Shown here: one piece after another, positions 11,830 through 21,881 of the stretch | Layout: every line of letters begins with the position of its first letter | How positions within the stretch are numbered: the first letter of the stretch is position 1 | Source: Raillietiella orientalis | Lineage: Eukaryota | Direction: 5' to 3' | DNA: 64,000 nucleotides | Assembly: GCA_036172245.1 (NCBI GenBank) | Contig: JAYWIR010000008.1 | Span: 4,836,001 to 4,900,000 of the forward strand | Translations under genes and position numbers: made by a program | The notes under the pieces: generated by a model | Database searches by the model: none | Seen by the model: only the letters and a program-made list of their open reading frames with translations | What the model was told of the DNA's origin: nothing

Positions 11830-12165
11830 GTCGACCTGAAGACAAGGGAGAAGGGTCTTCTCAAAGTCTTACAGTCCCCCCAATCTCCTTCTCCTCTCTA
11901 AAGATGGATGGGAAGGACACTGGGACTGGATCTTTGAGCTTGCAGTCCAAGACGCTTGGTACGCACTGAACGTCCTCTGGCAGCGCAGAACCTCTAAAAC
12001 TGGGAAGCTGAGGCTTCCCAGTTTTAAAGGGTGGCTTCGGAGGATTCTTGGGAAAGAAAGAGATCCTCTGGACGGAGTCTTTGGCTGGAGAATCGGCACA
12101 GTCCATGGGCGAGGCTCCATCCGCTTCGCCATGCACCTCGACCCCGTACAGAGGCCAGGATGAAG
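11830..12165 (+). pseudogene. Decayed piggyBac-type transposase C-terminal fragment
   Basis: The frame starting at 11897 reads SKDGWEGHWDWIFELAVQDAWYAL, resembling the KKW...FELxxQNAW segment of PGBD-type transposases. Confidence 0.4.
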
Positions 12166-14149
12166 AGGATTTACTGCGTCTTCGGGAACGTCTCCGGGAA
12201 TTTCCTGGAGCAGCGCACCTTCCGACCAGCACCACCCGGAACCAGTGAGTGTCACCCCACATCCCAGCGAGGCTTCCGAGATGCCGAGACCTTGAGTCGA
12301 GATGTGTAAGTCCCATTGTTGGGACCCACGTTCGCTGTCACGAGGTCCAGGGAACCACCCTTTTCTGAGGGAACCGGTTGCTCATTCCTTTTTGGTTCCG
12401 ATAGGGAGCCTCGTCTGTCGAGCAGGATTCCAGGTAGCCCGAAAGCAACTCCTGGATCGGAAGGAAAGGATGGCGAGGTCCCCGATTTGTCAGCGCGCGT
12501 TCTCTTGGCTAAATGCCTGGAGGCACCAGGGGGAGTTCTTGCACAGCAGGGTAGTTTATCTTGGAGGCTCTCAGAACCTCTTTCGCGAGAAGTAGAGATC
12601 CTTCTCCCTTCACAGGCGTTGCAACGCGGTAGAATGCCGACCCATGCCAGGAGAAAGGGTGGACTCAGAGTCCCAGGAAGCATCCCGTGGAATTGCAGTC
12701 CCTCTAGGGCTCCAAGGAATAATCGGAAGCGCATCAGGAGATCCTGAACTTTATTTTCTGAGATGACTGTTGGAGAGAGGGACACAAGGAATCAGGAACC
12801 GCTTCTTTCGTAGAGCCTCCCCTGCACTAGGTTTCGAGAATGCCTCGCCTCCAGGAGAGCTTGGGATCTCGTGAGCCCATTATTTCGCCGCAGAGGGTTA
12901 TCCGGTAACCCGGAAACTTCGATTCCATTCGGCTGCCCTTTTCTGACGCATGCGTTCCAGGAAAGGCTGTCCCGTTGCTGAGGGGTACAAAAGGAAAGGT
13001 GGCTGCTTCGGGTCTTTTTAGACACCTCAGCACGAAAAGGACGCGCTTGGTGCTCGCTGGGCCACTCTCTCCGCCGGGCGGACGTTCCTGGCCGCCGCGA
13101 GCGTGCCGGCGCCTCAGAAGTGCCGGCGGGCTCGCGCGAGAAGCACCATCTGGGCTCCTTGAGTCTGGCGCAAGGGTTACGACAGTCTCTTTCTCTTCCA
13201 GGGCATTCCTTGGCTGCCTCCTCCAATGTGCTGGAGAGATCGAACCGCATTCCTCCTCGTCCATGTTTTTGGTGGTGGTGGTGATGGGTTGTTTTTCTCC
13301 CTCACCCTACTTTCAGCCCTTTGGCCAGTCCAAAGTGGAGGACATGCGTGCAGGTCCCCCGACAGTGTTACCGGCCTACTCAGAGATCGGTCAAGTTGCC
13401 ACAAGGCGCGCCATCATTTCGAGTTGCCGAAGATCCTTGAGACTCAGGAAGCGAACCATTCGCAACTACTCAAGGGAGTCTCAGCAACACCCAATGCTGG
13501 GTCCCGCAGAAAGTCATTCTCTCGACAGCTGCAATCACTCCCCGAAATGGTCATTTATCCAGAGCTTCGAGTCTGTAAAGGGTTGGGAGTAGGAAGAGGG
13601 CGAAGAAATGACGTTCTGTAAGACCAACAGAAAAAAAAAAGAACGATGCATCCCTTCGGCGCTTCCCAAGACCTTTTCCGCCATTCTCACTTGAGAAAAA
13701 TCTGAAAACTCATCGTGCCTTCACTCGCAACATCACCGATCCACCCGCATCCGGCAACGCTTCAGAAGGAGAAGACATCAGCAATCAAAGCAACGCTCTT
13801 CTCTGAATAAAGAGCGGACCTTCCAGCGCAGCATTCCTGGTGCTGCATCACTTCTCCCCCCTTCTCCTCCGTCTCACGTCCTCCCGACATCCACGTGTCG
13901 CTGACTCTCATCCCTGATCGCCCCCAAGAGCGGCGGACGAAGGGAGGAGACGATCAAAGTCCATGGACTCGGAGGAGGCGACACGGAGACGCTGACGCCA
14001 CCTGCCCAGGCCCGGTCCAGGGAAGCCACGGAGGAGGCGGATCCGCGCCCTGGAAACGCCACCGGACGGAGCGGCTGCGGAGGGCGTGCCCAACCTGGAC
14101 CCACCGAAAGGGCATCCCGAAACACTACCTAGCTGCCGGCGACGAGACG

Positions 14150-16330
14150 GCCATTCCCCGTGGAAGGAATCGCCGGGTTCCCGACCGGCTGCGCAGGGCG
14201 GGCTGCAAGGGAAACCCGGAGGCGATCGCGGGTCACGAAGAGAAGGGAGGCAGGCAGAGGGAGAGCGGCTGCGGCTGCTCCGACCCTCGCTGCTTGGGAG
14301 CGCGGAAGCTGGCGATTGGCCAACGGGTCCAGGGGAGCGAAGCAGGGAAGCGCCGCACCAACCCATCCCCACCCTTCGTGCAGGCCTCTCTGAGAGCGGA
14401 TCGAGGGTCACCGCCTCCTCCTCGCCCTTCCTCTTCCCGCGACCCTTCCACGAGGGAAGAAAAAAGCCGACCGGCCGAAAAGCGGGGGCGTACCGGGGAA
14501 CGCCGGATTGGGGGCGAAGGGAGGGGAAGAAAGGGCCCAGCGAGTGAACTGATCCCACTGCTCGGTCTTCAAGGAGACGTGTCCGCTCTTCGCTTCTCTC
14601 GCGCACCACCCGCCTGCCTGTCTGCCTGACTACCGAGAGATGCGGAGGCGGCAGCGAGGAGAAGGGCGCAGATGATCTCGGATGCCCGGGCATCGCAGAG
14701 GGTGCCAGCATCAGCAGCGCCATCCGGACTGTCAGGCGAAGGTCAGCCGCCGCCGAAGGGGCGATGCCGCGGCTCCCGCTCGTCCGGAGGCGCCCACGAG
14801 GACTGCAGCCTGAAAGGAGCGGGGTAAAAGTTGCCCTCCCGTAGGAGACGGCGCTGCTCTTTCCCTGCTTGCGGGACGCTGCAGGCGGTGCGACGGACGC
14901 ACCGGAAAAGCTGCCCTTCCACAAGTGACGGCGGGAGAGGACCACGGCACGCGCACACCCCAATGCTGCGAAGGAGCGGCTACCTTTCCCCCCATTCGCC
15001 TCCAGGGACATCCGGGAAGTCGAGCGTTGCGCCGGGGACCTCCGACAGGGTGGGCGCGCATTTGGGGTGCCGGCGATGGGCTCCAAAGGCCGGAACCTGG
15101 GCGAACGACAGCGCGCCTGCCCCGCAGACAACCACCCCGCCTCGCACTTATCCGCTGAAAGGCCAGGAAGGGTCGCCGTCCACACACAAGAAAAAAGTCG
15201 TTCCCAAGGAAAACGCCTCCCTCCCTCTTCTCGCGCCTCCCTTGTCGCGCGTGTGGAAGCGGTACGCCACGGGGAAGGACGCAGCATGCGGAACGAGCTC
15301 TCCGCTGGCGCTACCGCTGGCCCCGTGCCCGCAACGTGCCCGACCGATGCCGATCGAAAGTGGCGCAAGAACACGTCGGGTCCACGCCGGACGCGCCAAG
15401 GTCCTCATGTGCGCCGACGCGAGGGGAGTCCTCCATCCCCGTCGCCGAACACTCCTCCGGGACAGAAGGAGACGCTCCTGGCTGCGCGTTCCGCCACGCG
15501 CAGGCCGGTCAGCCGTCGCTGCCGTCCCGAGTCGCTGCTCACAGGAGAGGCGATGGCATCCGAAGCGGAGGCGGAGGCGCGAAGTCTGCGGGGTTGCGGG
15601 GAGAGAAGAATGTCTGCCGATATCAGGGAGCCATGAGGGGCTGCTGGTGACCGGTGAAGGAAGGAGAGGAGATCGAGAGGCGGGCAGATGTCCCGAGGAA
15701 GAGGTGCACCTCTGCTGTTTGCCCTTCGGGAGGTGGCCGAGTTCGGGGAGATCTCCCAAGGCGAGGGAACGCGGGAGGGAATGCCAATGGGTGCTGGGAA
15801 CATCCTCTTTCCCTTCTGGGTGGGATCAGCGCTAAAGAAGAGTCAGTCCGAGGTCGGCAGCTCGCAGAGTCAACTCGAGGATGCCGCGCACGGGTGGGGC
15901 ACCACGCGGTGACTGTCGTGCCGCCAGCGAGTTCAGCGCACCGCGTCCTTTTTTTCCCGGCATGCGGAAGAAGGGCACGCGGGACTGCGACGGTTGCTGG
16001 CAGCCCTGGCGGGTGCCACCGCTGAGCGCGCCAGGTCAATGGTGGCGCTCGGGCTTCCCTCGCTCACGGGCGTCGCTTCAGCGTCGCGCTCTCTTCCTCG
16101 GAGTGCGCGTCGTCCGGTCGTCGCCTGTTCGTGGGCCCTCTTCGTCCCGCCAGAGGTCTCCCGCCTTCCAGCGGAGACGAGGAGGTTGCCCGTGGACGAG
16201 TCTGAAAATGCGCCTGGGTGGGCGGAAGAAGCACAGGGATGCGCTGCCGAAGCGGCCGCCGGCCGTGCGCAGCCGCGGTGGCGAGGAGGGTGCGTGGTGG
16301 CGCTCCTTCCTTGTGGTCCTGCATGGCGCC
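14150..16330 (+). pseudogene. Decayed Ty3/gypsy pol (RT-RNase H-integrase) between the two cuticle genes
   Basis: Motifs in canonical order across frames: QPIPTL...FHE...TPDWG (RT), FASRDIREVER (RNase H), RVHAGRAKVLMCADA (~PGKxNxxADA), GVLH...LRVPP, GVRVVRSSPV...WTSLKMRL...DALP (integrase). Confidence 0.5.
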
Positions 16331-16783
16331 AGAAGAGGCTACAGGGTACGTGGTGCGTGCCCTCGAAACGTGCTGATTCGTCAGCAGAGGATGAAGAGTT
16401 CCTCTACCTGAAGAGCGGAAAGAATGGGGAAGGGGTATGCTTTGCGAAAGCGTTCTCGTCAGGGAGACCTGGCCACCTGTAGTGAGCTGATTGTTTCCGG
16501 GAGGCTCCTGCTGCAGCTGCTGCTGCTGCTGAAGGGACTAGCGTCGTCGATACGGCCTCTGCCTGCGGAATCCTCAAAATGATTAGTGCTTGGAGTACGC
16601 CGAAGATTCTCGGTTTCCAGTGATCTCCAGCGCGGAGAGCGACATCTACTTCCTTCTCTCGAAGGAGACGCTGTCCGCTCCTTCACGGTGCTGGACAAGC
16701 GCGAGCACCTCACCTCTAGGCGACGGTGGATCAGCGAAGCGCACAGGAGCCAGGAAACAGGACGAGGGAGAGAAATCACAGGT

Positions 16784-16789
16784 TTTATT
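16784..16789 (-). terminator. Polyadenylation signal AATAAA of - strand cuticle gene
   Basis: TTTATT on + strand, 4 nt past the stop codon. Confidence 0.55.
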
Positions 16790-16793
16790 GTAC

Positions 16794-17327
16794 CTAAGCC
16801 CTATAATTTTCTAGGGAGTTTCTTCCCTGACCAGAATACTCAGAGTACTCCGAATCCTTTCCTTGATGAGAGTACCGGGAGTCTCGTCCCTGACTCGAGT
16901 ACTGGTCGTACTGGGATTCTCGTCCCTGACCAGCGTATCTGGAGTTCTTTCCTTGAGCTTCCTCCAGCTCGTACTGCGAGTCCTTCTTCGAGCTCGCGTA
17001 TCGGGAATACAGCGAGTCCGTCCCTTGTCCGGCGTACTGCGAGAAGCGCGGGCTGCTGTCGTCCCGCGACGAGTAGCGCACCTTGCCGTTCCCGTTCCCG
17101 TAGGCGCCATTCTTCTGGTCATAGGACGCGTCCCCAGAGTACTGCACTTCGGCAACGTAGCCGCTGCCGCCGTCCACCGTGTACGTCACCGTCTGCATTC
17201 TACCGTCGGGCAGCAGCACGTGGTAGGTGCCCTGCGTGTTCTTGCCGTCCCGGGACTCGGAGTGACCGAAGTCCGTGTTGTAGTAGTCGTCTTTCACCTT
17301 GTAGTCGAAGGAGTACTTGGGCGGGTC
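16794..17327 (-). CDS. Exon 3 (RR-2 domain + shorter repeat tail) of - strand cuticular protein
   Basis: 3' part of ORF 16794..17948: DPPKYSFDY...PDGRMQTVTY...NSLENYRA*. Confidence 0.92.
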   Translation of the reverse strand, partial: DPPKYSFDYKVKDDYYNTDFGHSESRDGKNTQGTYHVLLPDGRMQTVTYTVDGGSGYVAEVQYSGDASYDQKNGAYGNGNGKVRYSSRDDSSPRFSQYAGQGTDSLYSRYASSKKDSQYELEEAQGKNSRYAGQGRESQYDQYSSQGRDSRYSHQGKDSEYSEYSGQGRNSLENYRA

Positions 17328-19148
17328 CTGGACATGGAAGGGAACGCGGTTCGTTCGTTCTGTTCCTTTCTTTTCTTTCCTTCCTCTTTCCCCTCCCTCC
17401 CCCCCCCCCCCCGAATATCCATTCCCTTCCCTTTCGCGTCCCACCGCACTCAACTCACGTAGTACTGGTCTTCGTCCTTCTTCGAGTAAGAGGAGTAGGA
17501 GGAGGCGGAGGAGTAGGGCGAAGCGCCACCGGCAGAGTACCTCTGGGCGGCGCCGTCGTCGTAGTCGGAAGACTGGTAGCGTTGGCTGGTGACGGCACTC
17601 ATCGACAGGAGCGCCAGAGAGGTGATCAGCAACAACTGGAAACACGCAGTGATGGGATGAGCACGGTGGAAAAAAGGGAGCAGGAGCGAGGAATTGTGGC
17701 AAAGCATCGAATATACCTCTTGGAGTATCCTCTTTATATCTCTCTCTGTCATTCTTTTTCTGTGTCTTCAAAACGCGTACGGCGGTGACCGGCGGTTTCC
17801 TGAGATTTGACCTCCGCCGCGAAGCGCACTCAACGGCCGCCATCGGAAAGGAACGGGAGATCTCAGGATTTCGGAAACCGTCTCTGTGGTACCTGGAAAG
17901 GCGAGATCTGCCCCGCTGGCGCTGATCGCGTGGAAGCGCTCGTGGCAAGGACCCAAAGAGCGCTCCTTAGTCGCACCAGCTGTCGTCCTCAGGTTGCCCC
18001 CATTGTGGGGGGCAAGGTAGGACGTCTTCCTCCCTGCTTGTCCTCCGGCAGAATGCGGCATTTCTGGGATAGCTCGAGAAGGATTGAGGAAAGGGGAAGG
18101 GGAGCGAGGACGTTTAGTCCATGCGAATCTTTCAGGACATCCTTAGGAGCTACTCTCGCTGCCTCTAAGGGTGTCTGGGAGGTCTCTTCTGCGCTTCGGG
18201 GATAGCACAAGGGAATTCTCCTCTCCTCCCACCACCTTCCAGGGTTTTTTGCTTCCCCGCCCTCTCCCCAGCTCCCGCCGGGATGCTCCGATCGCGGCAT
18301 GCGCGTGTGGAAGGCGCAAGCGATCTCTCCCAAGATGAGGGGCCACTCCCTTCTCCCCTCCTCCAGAGGAAGTCTTGTCACGGGGCCCTTATGGGGGCGA
18401 TCACGTGACGGCGGACAGTCGTTTTTCTTTTCTACCCCCTTTCTCCTCTACCCGCTGGTTTTTCGGAAGGCCCTTACGGATGCAGCCCACCTCTCTAGGG
18501 CGTCCGAGGAAGAAGGTGGTGCTCCTGCTGTACAAAAGGGAAGGGGCTGACGCGTCCCCTTTTTTCCTTCTTGAGAAAGGGGTGGACCCCCCTGCTGCAC
18601 TTCTCATGGTTTTTTGCATTCTGGGGATGTGCGCCTTGGCGGCCCGCAAAGGAGTCCGCGTTGGTTCGAAGCGCATGAGGGGGAAGCGCGGAGCCGAGAT
18701 GGGGAGGGAAGGAGGAAAGATGGAGGCTCTCGAACGCAAGCCACCTCCGCTCCGAAGATGCTCACGAAGAGCGAAGGTCTCTGGGCAGGAGACCTGGTAC
18801 GCCGCGCCTCACCCGACGAGGGCTGCTCCCTAACGCACAGAGAACCTCTCTTAGGTTTGTGCCCCCCTTCCTACTCTAGACTCCTTTTTTGTTTGCTCCC
18901 GAGTGCCCATTAGACCGCCGTCCAGCTCTTCGGAAGCTCCCCTCACACTCGGGGGCATGGCGGCGAGCCGTGACCCTTCCGTGCTCCTCTACCCTCCCAC
19001 GCCCGCTCGCACTTCCCGGCACCACAGCAGCGGCAGCAGAGGCAGATACGCTGCTGCCCCGGCCGCCTCTTCCACCACCTCTCCCTCCTTCTCCTGTGCC
19101 CGTTGGCGCGGAAGGAGGCAGGGAGAAGGAACGTACCTTCGCGTTCAT
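16794..19148 (-). CDS. Second cuticular protein (RR-2), paralog of the + strand gene; exons 19148-19137, 17635-17459, 17327-16794; 240 aa
   Basis: The minus strand reads ATG AAC GCG AAG/GTACGT at 19148-19137. Exon 2 (177 nt) and the RR-2 exon are almost identical to the paralog, with the same splice sites. TAG at 16796-16794, AATAAA at 16789-16784, TATTTAA at 19295-19289. Confidence 0.92.
16871..17680 (-). repeat. Right arm of ~0.8 kb inverted repeat (partner 10377-11221)
   Basis: Near-identical reverse complement of the left arm, including intron 2 and its G-run. Confidence 0.92.
17459..17635 (-). CDS. Exon 2 of - strand cuticular protein
   Basis: 177 nt, same peptide as paralog exon 2, flanked by TTTCCAG and GTGAGT on the minus strand. 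Confidence 0.9.
19137..19148 (-). CDS. Exon 1 (MNAK) of - strand cuticular protein
   Basis: Reverse complement CC ATG AAC GCG AAG GTACGT, ~140 nt downstream of a TATA box. Confidence 0.8.
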
Positions 19149-19288
19149 GGTGCCCTCGTCGCACAGCTGGGTAATGGCGAGCCGCTTCTGCTGCTTCTGG
19201 ACCAACGCACTGCGTGCACCTGTGAAGGGGGGAAAAGGTCCGCTGGATGCAACCGCGTAGTCCGTGGAGACAGAAACCGTCCGTCCGC

Positions 19289-19375
19289 TTAAATACCCGG
19301 GCGCTCGCCGAGCACCTTCACTTTCTACCGTCCCGAGGAGGAGGCACGACCAGCCGCGCTGCACGATCAAGGTCC
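19289..19375 (-). promoter_or_regulatory. Core promoter of - strand cuticle gene: TATTTAA (19295-19289), shared 19-mer (19329-19311), FTZ-F1-like TCAAGGTCC (19367-19375)
   Basis: Mirror of the paralog's promoter motifs within otherwise unalignable flanks. Confidence 0.7.
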
Positions 19376-21881
19376 CCGGGCGCTGCAGCCGTTCCCTGGT
19401 CCGGCAAAGGAAGGAGACGCTGCAGTATTCCGCCGCTCTCGTGAAAGTGAGGTAGCACTCGTCGAATGAATCAGCGGTTTTTCTTCCTCCTCCTCCTTCT
19501 TTTCAGAACCTTCTCCTCCTTTCGCCTGCCCCTTTTCCACCCTCTCGCCATCCGTCTCCCCTATCCTTCCTTTCCTCTTTTTGATACAACTGCCCTCTTT
19601 CCCCGGGATTGACCAGCACCGAACGATGAAGCATCGCCGGTCGCCGGCCGCTCCGTTGAGTGCCGAGTCCGCGACCCGCCCGTCGCTTCCTCCCGAGATG
19701 AAGAGCCGGGAGAGACGGTGGAGTAGAGGGAAAGACACGCCTGTATCAACGCCACCCTTCTTGCATCCTTTTTCCAGGACCCTATGCCGGCGAAACGAGA
19801 TTAGGGGTGCTCTTTCTCCGGAAAAGGAAGAGGCGAAGAAGAAAAAACGGGAAACTCGCCCCGTCCTACTCCTTTCCCCTTACCCCCCCTCCTCAAGAAA
19901 CTTCCCTCTGCACCCCGCGAGTGCCGAGGCTTCCGACATGGTCCTCACCCGGAACGAGAAGCTTCTCCTGCCTTCCGACCCTTCGTCTGTCTCCGAGAAG
20001 AACCATCCATCCGGATGGTTCCCTTCCCCCCATCGTCCTCCTCGCTACCCTCCCTCCTGCTGCTAGCGCGGCGCAAGTCGCCGATCCAGGGAATGAAGCT
20101 CCTCCCGAAAGGGGAAGCGAGCTGCCGTCCAGTTATCCTTTCTCCCCCCAGCAATTCTCCTCAGGGACGGAACCAGTGATCCTGCCGAGAAACGCCGCGG
20201 CTCCTCCCCTTCCAGCACCCCAGATCCATATCGCCTGCCTTGCCCTTCCTTCATCTTCTGCCCTTTTGGGCCTCCTGCCAGCGCCCGCCGGGGAGGCGAG
20301 GTTCCGTGGAATGTGAGCGCGATGTGCATCTGAGGAACGGTCATTGCGGCTGCCCAGCAACCAGGTCTCCTTTCCCGATGCATGCTGTACGCTCTCCCCG
20401 AACTCCCACACCTGCCGTGGGGGGCGTAGACGCGGCGTGGACGAGCCTATCCCCTCCTTTCCACAACAGGCGCGGTCATCTTGCGGTGCGTTCCGTTTCC
20501 AGACCCAACCTCCGATTCCCGGAGGTACGCCTAGCTCCTTTTGGCCCTGAGCTCTCCGCCCGAACTGTTGAATGCCCTCCGTCTCCCGGAGGGCAAACCG
20601 GGAAACCCGAAGGCCGAGACGATTGCTGAACCAGCCACCGTGCATCCGGTGACCTCCCCCGAGTGCTTTGTCTTGGCGTGTCTGGGGTAGCCGCCGCGAC
20701 CCCGCGGCTCGGCAGGGTGTAGGAGAGAACGGGGAAAGGAACGCGTCGTCTGGAGTCCCTGGGTGTCTCCCGCTCCCGCAGCCTCCTCGCCTTCCTCCGG
20801 CGCCACGTGCGACCGCGCGATGCGCCACCACCCCTCCCCAGTGGGAACCAGCATAGTGGAAGAGCGAAGAGAGTTAGCCCTCCCTCCTTCTCCCTAAAAC
20901 CTCCTCTCAAGAGCAAACTTCAATGACCTCTGGACTCTGGACGGTTCCCATGGCGGCGCGAGCGACACGGAAACGAGGAGGAGGAATTAGCGACAACGAT
21001 GCGTGGTGCTCCTGCCGCAATGCGAGCGCTCCTGGTTCTGCTCCTACCATCTATCAGGAGTGTCGTGCATGGGGTGGACGAAGGGGAGCGGGGAAGCGTG
21101 TGAGGAGAGCCCATTGGGCTCGACTCTGGCCCATCGCTGCTCTTCGGCACACTTTTGCGGCTTCCTCTATACGTCCTGAGCTGCAAGCTCCCCTCCCCTT
21201 CTCCCCTCGTTTCCAGGAAGACCTCGGAGCGCTCGTGAGCTCGTCTTCGACAGAGGAGGTCCGGGTCTTCTGGCATGTAGAAAGAGCAACTTCCCTCTCC
21301 CGGACGGCAGGCTCCCGCCTCCCGAAAAAGGCTGAGCATGGAACGTCCCCTCAGTCTCGAGATCACACCCTTTCTTCCCCTTTGGATTCCTCCAGCCTGC
21401 TCCCGGGTTGGCACCCACAAATCACGAAGTTCCTCTTTGCCCGCTTTGCCCCCGGGCTCTATTCAAAGTGAACGCGAGAGACCTGGTTTGTTTCCCCTCG
21501 CACGGGCACGAACCTGTTCTCGCCCTTCCAAGAGGGTAACTCACGGCGAAGCTGCACAGCTCCCTGGGCTTGTCTCTCCGGAGTCGCATCTCGATCCAAG
21601 GGGGCCGCGAGCCGCTAGAGGATCGCCTCGTACCCCTTCCCTCCTTCAGAAACCCCCGGCGTCGTGGACAGCCTGCAGGGCCTTGCCTTCTCTCTTAGGC
21701 GAACTCCTGGGAGGAGCAGCGGGATGCCTCGCCTGCTGAGCGCCTGGGCGCCCTCGCCCAACGGGAACGCTCGGCCGCAGGGGATGCGCGAACGTGCCTG
21801 TCGGGGAGGAATCTGCGACACCCCTTCGATTGTAGTGCCATTCTTCACCAAGGAGAGTTTATGGCCGGGTTCGCCGGGGCG

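Noticed and set aside
13908..15374. 488-aa minus-strand ORF and other long Arg/Pro/Gly-rich ORFs (14831..15835, 16586..17788, 48932..50209)
   Set aside because: No coherent domain; expected in GC-rich DNA, and they overlap TE relics or cuticle exons.
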